Shown here: positions 45,599-52,097 of the stretch, in pieces | How positions within the stretch are numbered: the stretch's first letter is position 1 | Layout of the letters: the number at the start of each line of letters is the position of its first letter | Origin: Candidatus Elarobacter sp. | GTDB taxonomy: Bacteria > Vulcanimicrobiota > Vulcanimicrobiia > Vulcanimicrobiales > Vulcanimicrobiaceae | DNA: 52,097 nt | Direction of reading: 5' to 3' | Assembly: GCA_036498305.1 (NCBI GenBank) | Contig: DASYFS010000512.1 | Span: forward strand, 1 to 52,097 | Notes under the pieces: model-generated | Database searches by the model: none | What the model was told of the DNA's origin: nothing | What the model saw: only the letters and a program-made list of their open reading frames with translations | Program-made: the position numbers and the translations under genes

Positions 45599-47158
45599 TC
45601 AGTGGCTGCGAATCGTGAACGACCAGTTGCGCGTCGCAACGTTGCCGGCATTGTCGGCGACCGAGACGCGAACCGTCACCGGCCCGTCGGCGAGTGCAAT
45701 GCCCGGCGAGTAGGTGATGAAGGTCTCGGTACGGGTCGACGACGCCGTCACGTCGAGGCCGTTGACCTCGATCCGCACCGACGAGACGCTGATCCCGATG
45801 TCGGTCGGGGTGTGATAGGTCGCGTAGATCGACGGCCGGTTGCTGTTGACCGTCATGCCGAAGGCCGGCGCGATCTCGACGATCTGCGGCGGCGTCGTCG
45901 TCACCGCGACGAGCTGCGGCGCCTCGGCGCGCGGCGCCGCCGTCGAGCCGACGGTGAGGTGACCGTAGACGCTCGTGCGCCCGAAGTTCACGCCTTCGGG
46001 AACTTTGTAGCTGGTCTCGTAGGTACCCGGCGCCGTCCGCGACTCGGGGAGCGGGAGTCCCGTCACATACGTGCCGATGTCGAAGCTCGCCGTCCCGCCG
46101 GGCGTTCCGTGCAGCGTGACGCTGAAGCTGTCGCCCGCATGCAGCGCCCCGCGGGCGCCGACGGTGAAGTCGGCGATCTGCGCGGCGCCGGCGGGGCTCG
46201 GCGTCGAGGGGACCGCGCGCGCGACGATGATCTGCCGCTTCTCGCCGGTGTCGGGGTTGAGCCGCAGGACGACGCTGTCGCCGACCTTGAGGTCGCCGAT
46301 CTGCGCCGGCTGTCCGTTGAGCGAGATCTCCGTGGTCTTGTCGGGCTGCACGACGTAGCCACTCTGCAGCACGAAGGCCGACGACGAGACCGCAGCGATC
46401 GTTCCGGCGCGCGACGCGTAGCGGGTGATGACTTGGACGACGCGGCCGTCGCGCGCCAGGACGATGCTCGTCGCGTCGCCGACGTGAACGTCGCCGAGCG
46501 AAGCCGGGGTCGCGGTGCGCGTGATGACGTCCTGCACCTGGATCTTCGCGTCGGAGGTGATCGCGACGGTGCGAACCGACGGCCCGCGCATGACGGTGAT
46601 CGACTCGGGCGAGGAGTTCAGGTCGACGGCGCTGACCGTGCCGACGATCTGCGTCGAGCCGCCCGGCGTGTGCTGCTCGAGCCCCGGCGTGCGCCCGACG
46701 ACCAGCGAGATCACCTCGACGCGCTCGGCCTTCGGATCGTAGGAGACCTGCGCGCCGAGCGAGTCGGCGACGAACCGCAGCGGGACGTACGTCGCGCCGC
46801 CGATCTCGGTGGCCGGCGAGTCGAGCGCGATGCGGTGCGTGTCGACCAGCGCGTAGCGCGAGCCGACGTGCAGCACGATGCGGCGCGACGGCGCCGAGGC
46901 GACGAGCTGATCGCCGTCGCGCGCGACGCTGATCCCGAGCGCGCTGTAGATGCGCACGACTGGGACGAGCAGCCGTCCGCCGACGACGCGCGGCGCGGGG
47001 GCGCTCGGGAGCTCCTCGCCGTTGACGACGATCGCGATCTCGCGGACCGGCGTCTCCTCGCCGTGCGGCGGGGCCGCCGCGGCGGCGGGGACCGTCCACG
47101 CACCCGCGCAGAGCGCGAGGACGGCCGCGAGACAGCGACTCAAACCTCTGGGGAGCAT
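45599..47158 (-). CDS. Secreted copper amine oxidase N-terminal (stalk) domain protein with repeated beta domains
   Basis: Signal peptide; G...VP...I..ALG and TYVPLRFVADSLGA.V.YD; D..VGD repeats; C-terminal Ig-like ADNAGN...WSF. Confidence 0.8.
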   Translation of the reverse strand: MLPRGLSRCLAAVLALCAGAWTVPAAAAAPPHGEETPVREIAIVVNGEELPSAPAPRVVGGRLLVPVVRIYSALGISVARDGDQLVASAPSRRIVLHVGSRYALVDTHRIALDSPATEIGGATYVPLRFVADSLGAQVSYDPKAERVEVISLVVGRTPGLEQHTPGGSTQIVGTVSAVDLNSSPESITVMRGPSVRTVAITSDAKIQVQDVITRTATPASLGDVHVGDATSIVLARDGRVVQVITRYASRAGTIAAVSSSAFVLQSGYVVQPDKTTEISLNGQPAQIGDLKVGDSVVLRLNPDTGEKRQIIVARAVPSTPSPAGAAQIADFTVGARGALHAGDSFSVTLHGTPGGTASFDIGTYVTGLPLPESRTAPGTYETSYKVPEGVNFGRTSVYGHLTVGSTAAPRAEAPQLVAVTTTPPQIVEIAPAFGMTVNSNRPSIYATYHTPTDIGISVSSVRIEVNGLDVTASSTRTETFITYSPGIALADGPVTVRVSVADNAGNVATRNWSFTIRSH

Positions 47159-48132
47159 ACGACCTCGCGATAGACGGCGGCCGTCTCGGCCGCGAACCGA
47201 TCCCAGGTATACGCCCGCAGGGAGACGGCGCCCTCGGCGGCGCGCTCGCGTGCGGCGTGGGCATCGCGGGCGACCGCACCGATCAGCGCGGCGAGCGCCG
47301 CCGTGTCGCCCGGCGCGAACGTCGCGACGTACGGCGCCGCGATCGCGGGGGTCGCGGTCGTCGTCGCGATCACCGGCGTCCCTGCGACGGCAGCCTCGAG
47401 GATAGGAATCCCGAACCCCTCGGCGAGCGAGGGCTGCACGTAGGCGAGCGCACCGCGGTATCGGCGGGCGAGCGTCGCGTCGTCGACGTCGCCGAGAAAT
47501 GCGATCGCCCCGTTGCGGCGCTGGTACCGTGCCCGCGCGGCCGGCTCGTCGGGGCCGGTGAGGACGAGGTCGAGCACGACGTCGTCGGGGAGCGACGACC
47601 ACGCGGCGTAGAGCGTAGGCAAGTCTTTGTGCGCGGCATGATTGCCGGCGTAGAACAGGTACGGGCGCTCCGCCCGCCACGGCTCGGCGTCCGGAACGGC
47701 GTCGCCGTAGCCGAGCGGAACGACGCGCACGCGCTCGCGGGCGACGCCGAGCAGCGCCACCGCTTCGCCCGCGATCTTCGGATCGCTGACGAGCACGCGT
47801 GCGGCGCCGCGAAACAGCGGGCCGGCGACGAGGCGCCAATACGCTGCCGTCGCTCGCGAGAAGAGCTCCGGATGACGCAGGTGGATCGCGTCGTGCAGCA
47901 TCGCGACGTACGGCCGCGGCACCAGCGGCGCCGCTTCGAGATACGGCAGATGGACGAGCTGCGGTCGCGCCGCGCGCAACGCGAGCGGGTGCAGCGCCAG
48001 CGGCGCGGTGACCGGCGTGAGCTCCACATCCGGTGCGACGCGGGGGAGACGTTCGAGCACGGCGCGCGTGTAGGCGCGCATCCCCGCCGAGGCACGTCCC
48101 GTGGCGCGAGCCGCCAGCGCGACGCGAATCAC
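47140..48132 (-). CDS. GT4 glycosyltransferase
   Basis: LHDAI, YAGNH..HKDL, PSLAEGFGIPILEA...GTPVI, YTW. Confidence 0.88.
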   Translation of the reverse strand: MIRVALAARATGRASAGMRAYTRAVLERLPRVAPDVELTPVTAPLALHPLALRAARPQLVHLPYLEAAPLVPRPYVAMLHDAIHLRHPELFSRATAAYWRLVAGPLFRGAARVLVSDPKIAGEAVALLGVARERVRVVPLGYGDAVPDAEPWRAERPYLFYAGNHAAHKDLPTLYAAWSSLPDDVVLDLVLTGPDEPAARARYQRRNGAIAFLGDVDDATLARRYRGALAYVQPSLAEGFGIPILEAAVAGTPVIATTTATPAIAAPYVATFAPGDTAALAALIGAVARDAHAARERAAEGAVSLRAYTWDRFAAETAAVYREVVCSPEV

Positions 48133-49150
48133 CGCCTGCCGCCGAGGACGGAGCGATAGATCTCCGCTGTACCCCGCGCGGTTCGCTCCCACGTCAGACG
48201 TTCGGTGACCTCGGGTGCGACGCGGCTCGCCAGCACGCGCAGCGACGGTCCGTCGAGGCCGATCGCGAGCAAGGCCCGCAGCGCGTCCACGTCACAGGCG
48301 TCGTACACGTCGACGGCGCCAGCCAGCGCCGCCGGCGCCGACTGCATCGAGGCGATCACCGGCGTCCCGACGCGCAGCGCCTCGAGCATCGGCAGGCCGA
48401 AGCCCTCGCGCAGGGCGGGGTGGACGTAGAGCGCCGCACCGAGGTGATACGCCCAGACCGCGGACTCGCTCACGTCGCCGAGAAAGACCAGCTCGCCGCG
48501 TTCGCCGCGATCTCCGGCAGCGCGCAGCGCCGCGTTGTCCGGCCCGGTCATCACGAGATCGACCTCGTACGCATGGGGAAGCGTCGCCCACGCGCGCACG
48601 AGCGTCTCGAGATTCTTGTGCCGGCGGTGATTGCCGGCGTAGAAGAGATACGGCCGCGCGCGCACCGCCGGCTCCGGAAGCGGATCCGGTGCGTCGACGC
48701 CGAGCGGGCAGACCGCGACGCGGTCGGGATCGACGCCGAGGTACCGCTCGAGCAATCCGACCGTCACGTCGTCGTCCGTGATCACGGCGCGCGCGCCGCG
48801 CAGCACCGGGCCTACGATCGTATGCCAATACGGTGCGACCTTCCGCTTTGCGTACTGCGGAAACTCGAGGTCGATCAGATCGTGCACGGTGACGACGTAC
48901 GGGACGGGAACGAACCGCGGGACGTACGGCGTGGTGAAGTGCGCCAGACGCGGTCGCATTCGCGCGAGCGCGAACGGCAGCCCCACCTGCTCGGCAAGGT
49001 CGAAGTTGTCGCCCCGCCCGACCTCGGCGATGCGCAGGTCGGGCGCGACCTGCGGCAGATAGCGGCGCAGCGCGCGGACGTAGGCGAGCATCCCCGCCGA
49101 CATGTGCGAGGTCTCGCGCACGTCGAGCGCCACGTCGGGGCGGCCGCCGC

Positions 49151-49154
<4 letters not shown>
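48129..49154 (-). CDS. GT4 glycosyltransferase
   Basis: VTVHDLI, YAGNHRRHKNL, EGFGLPMLEA..GTPVI, LTW. Confidence 0.88.
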
Positions 49155-51797
<2,643 letters not shown>

Positions 51798-51804
51798 GGG
51801 GGCG

Positions 51805-52097
51805 TTACGGTGCAATCACGGCGATCACGAAGCGGTCGAGGTCGGCATAATCCCTGATCGTCTCAACGCCGGCCTCGGGCAGCGCCTCCCGGACCAGCTC
51901 CTCGAGCCCCCGCGCGTTCTGCGGCCCCGCCTCCAGAATCACGATCCCCCGCGGCGCCACCAGCTGCGGCAGCGCCGGCACGAACCGCCGGTACAGATCC
52001 AGCCCGTCCGCCCCGCCGTCGCGTGCGATCAGCGGCTCGAACGACACCGGATCCGGCGCCCCCGCCACCTCGCCGCTCGGTACGTACGGCAAGTTCG
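51805..52097 (-). CDS. prmC: Release factor glutamine methyltransferase (3' part, partial)
   Basis: NLPYV (NPPY-like), FEP..A.DGG.DGLD.YRR, LE.G, D.A..DR. Confidence 0.88.
   Translation of the reverse strand, partial: NLPYVPSGEVAGAPDPVSFEPLIARDGGADGLDLYRRFVPALPQLVAPRGIVILEAGPQNARGLEELVREALPEAGVETIRDYADLDRFVIAVIAP

Noticed and set aside
43974-47279. 1101-aa ORF as a fusion protein
   Set aside because: The N-terminal half is an off-frame read of the stalk-domain gene; the real lipoprotein begins near 45581.

Overview
High-GC (visually about 70%) chromosomal segment of a diderm bacterium. The mix of Firmicutes-like synteny with a secretin and a TonB-dependent receptor is reminiscent of Ca. Eremiobacterota/Vulcanimicrobiota (inference). 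The left third holds envelope/stress genes: S46 peptidase, MASE4 hybrid kinase, and a 9-gene pilus/secretin operon that embeds a CcdA thiol-redox transporter and a TPR protein between the pilin and the prepilin peptidase. It also holds a two-component pair whose kinase has a degenerate GGDEF-like input domain, SRAP, and a GlcG-adenylate cyclase-MaoC operon. The middle has five tRNA genes [Ser(CGA), Arg(CCG), Met(CAT), Arg(ACG), Ser(GCT)], with tadA abutting or overlapping tRNA-Arg(CCG) and two tandem secreted aspartyl proteases inserted on the opposite strand. The right half is a long minus-strand housekeeping run: prmC, pyrG, three glycosyltransferases, stalk-domain protein, peptide-binding lipoprotein, HIT, rpsU, TonB-dependent receptor, yqeY, nfeD, floA, phoH, ybeY, TPR, dgkA, CNNM/CBS, cdd, recO, ruvX, mltG, DUF1292, ugtP-like. 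The most notable sequence-level signals are: repeated apparent non-canonical start codons (ATC after AAGGAG, CTG, GTA); a possible -1 frameshift joining DUF1292 to the glycolipid synthase; a GGG(T/A)A(C/T) element 9-10 nt before five start codons; and a nested-palindrome REP/MITE-like element between prmC and pyrG. No CRISPR, rRNA, integrase or transposase was seen. All calls are from motif recognition by eye, with no database searches.
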